Part shown: positions 46,506 through 47,822 of the stretch, one piece after another
Position numbering within the stretch: position 1 is the first letter of the stretch
How the letters are laid out: the number at the start of each line of letters is the position of its first letter
Assembly: GCA_045655215.1 (NCBI GenBank)
Contig: JAZOOV010000059.1
Coordinates: 1-47,822 of the forward strand
Direction: 5' to 3'
Length of the DNA: 47,822 nt
DNA from: Christensenellaceae bacterium
GTDB taxonomy: Bacteria; Bacillota; Clostridia; Christensenellales; Borkfalkiaceae
Position numbers and translations under genes: made by a program
Notes under the pieces: generated by a model
The model's database searches: none
The model's input: only the letters and a program-made list of their open reading frames with translations
What the model was told of the DNA's origin: nothing

Positions 46506-47822
46506 ATGAAAAAGACTTATCTTGGCATTGATTTAGGAACTACGGGCACTAAATCTACGCTGTTCGACCAATTTAATAATGAAATAGGTAGGGGCTACAA
46601 GGGCTATGAGTTAATCTCCCCTTTTGACCTTGCTTTCGAGCAAAATCCACTAGATTGGGAAGACGCCGTTGTTGAAAGCGTTAAGGGGGCTATAGGAAAC
46701 CTTGATTGCAACGTCTTATCTCTTTCAGTTTCTGCGCAAGGTGGAAGTTTCTTCTTTGCCGACGTAGATGATAACGGCAAAATTATTCCACTCACCAACG
46801 CTTTTACTTGGATGGATAAAAGGGCAACACTTGAGAGCGAAGAGTTAAACAGCAAGGTAGAAAAAGACTATTTTTACTATAGGACGGGCAGTAGGCTCGG
46901 CGCAGGTAGTTTTCCCGCAAAATATTTGTGGCTTAAAAAACACAATCCCGAAATCATAGAAAAAACTAAGATTATTCTATCGACCTCCGATTATATTTAC
47001 TATTTAATGACGGGTAAATTTTGCATAGACTACACTTCTAGTTATATGATGGACGTGTTTAACGTAAAGGAAAAAGGGTACGATAGTGAAATTTTAGCCT
47101 TAATCGGCTTAAGTGAAGAAAAACTTCCTCCCCTAATGCAAGCAGGTGAAGTTGTTGGCGAAATGCTCCCAGAGTTTGCCGAAAAATTAGGAATAAATAA
47201 AGGAGTTAAGGTGGTTTGTGGCGCGCACGACCAATACGCTGCAAATATCGGTTCAAACTATTTTGACGGCGCTTTGCTTATTTCTTCGGGAACTACTTGG
47301 GTGGTGTTTGGAAGAAGTGAAGAACTTGCTCTAACCGATAGCCATTTTGCTTCTTGCGTTCACCCTGTTGGGAACTACGGCGTGTTTAGTTCTGCCGTTT
47401 CAAGTGGGGTTGTAATAGAGTGGGAGAGAAAACTCTTTTCGGTAGACTTTGAAGAGATGAATAGAGAAATTCCACTAAGAGAATTCCAAGAAGATTTGCT
47501 TGTTTATCCCTTTATTTCGGGAAGCGGGGGATATCGCGGGGAAAAGAGCCTATCATACTCTATAGAAAACGCAATTTTCCGCTACGACAAGTTCGATATT
47601 ATTAAGGCGACTATGGAAGGCGTTGCCTTTGAGATTAGAGAGATTATCTCTTGCTTAAAAAAATCTAAAATAGAGCAAGAAAAAATTATTATTGCAGGCG
47701 GAGCAGTTAAAAGCCCTGCTTGGATGCAAATTTTAGCCAACGTTTTAGGGCAAGAAATATATATTTCCAATAAGCCCGATAGATGTTGCTACGGCGCTTA
47801 TTCTATCGCAAGACGTGGGGTG
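46506..47822 (+). CDS. FGGY family carbohydrate kinase (xylulokinase-like), 3'-truncated by the window end
   Basis: An open frame of 439 codons runs off the window and is not in the ORF track. GIDLGTTGTK, GAHDQYAANIG, SSGTTWVV and AGGGAVKSPAWMQILANVLG motifs. Confidence 0.85.
   Translation, partial: MKKTYLGIDLGTTGTKSTLFDQFNNEIGRGYKGYELISPFDLAFEQNPLDWEDAVVESVKGAIGNLDCNVLSLSVSAQGGSFFFADVDDNGKIIPLTNAFTWMDKRATLESEELNSKVEKDYFYYRTGSRLGAGSFPAKYLWLKKHNPEIIEKTKIILSTSDYIYYLMTGKFCIDYTSSYMMDVFNVKEKGYDSEILALIGLSEEKLPPLMQAGEVVGEMLPEFAEKLGINKGVKVVCGAHDQYAANIGSNYFDGALLISSGTTWVVFGRSEELALTDSHFASCVHPVGNYGVFSSAVSSGVVIEWERKLFSVDFEEMNREIPLREFQEDLLVYPFISGSGGYRGEKSLSYSIENAIFRYDKFDIIKATMEGVAFEIREIISCLKKSKIEQEKIIIAGGAVKSPAWMQILANVLGQEIYISNKPDRCCYGAYSIARRGV

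Noticed and set aside
1-47822. Dozens of 60-130-aa ORFs in the six-frame track lying antisense to or inside long genes (for example 1145..1327, 2091..2369, 9748..10272, 14183..14548, 15951..16349, 16153..16533, 20482..20805, 27996..28343, 38555..38842, 46604..46855).
   Set aside because: They are shadow ORFs fully embedded in confidently assigned genes. They have low-complexity or Ser/Leu/Phe-rich translations, lack RBSs, and contain no recognisable motif.
1-47822. Search for CRISPR arrays, tRNA/rRNA genes, IS elements, integrases, prophage or plasmid genes, and long direct or inverted repeats.
   Set aside because: I saw no regularly spaced repeats, cloverleaf-like conserved tRNA boxes, rRNA-like sequence, or transposase/recombinase motifs. 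Every intergenic gap over 150 bp is accounted for by promoters, leaders or terminators. A computational repeat and tRNA scan would still be needed to be sure.

Overview
This is a 47.8 kb AT-rich chromosomal segment that looks like a low-GC Bacillota (Clostridia-like) genome. The evidence is a T-box leader, the conserved tmk-holB-yaaT(ricT)-yabB-rsmI gene order, CotF-like and DUF1540 small proteins, and sigma-A type TTGACA/TATAAT promoters. I support about 48 protein-coding genes. Most are housekeeping: GTP-PEPCK, GreA, LysRS, L9, Tmk, HolB, RsmI, dUTPase, Xpt, and a BMP-type nucleoside ABC importer. I found no rRNA, tRNA, CRISPR array, transposase, integrase or obvious prophage. Two cis-regulatory RNAs are readable by eye: a preQ1-I riboswitch upstream of queT, and a Trp-specifier T-box upstream of a stand-alone trpB. 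A third, unclassified terminator-containing leader lies upstream of xpt. The most unusual content is as follows. (1) At the left edge, a lipoprotein carrying the MACPF/perforin hallmark motif sits next to a polytopic membrane protein with a zinc ribbon. (2) An AraC-controlled four-gene operon (PIG-L deacetylase, NagB-like deaminase, MtlD-family dehydrogenase, PfkB kinase) does not match a canonical amino-sugar pathway. (3) A CASTOR/POLLUX-like ion channel homologue is followed closely by a signal-less C39-like cysteine peptidase. (4) A nucleotidyltransferase-fold/DUF4037-like gene overlaps a TPR gene. (5) Two orphan consensus promoters each run into a bidirectional terminator, making them small-RNA candidates. 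(6) Two genes appear to be leaderless. All functional calls come from motif recognition by eye; no database search or folding computation was run.
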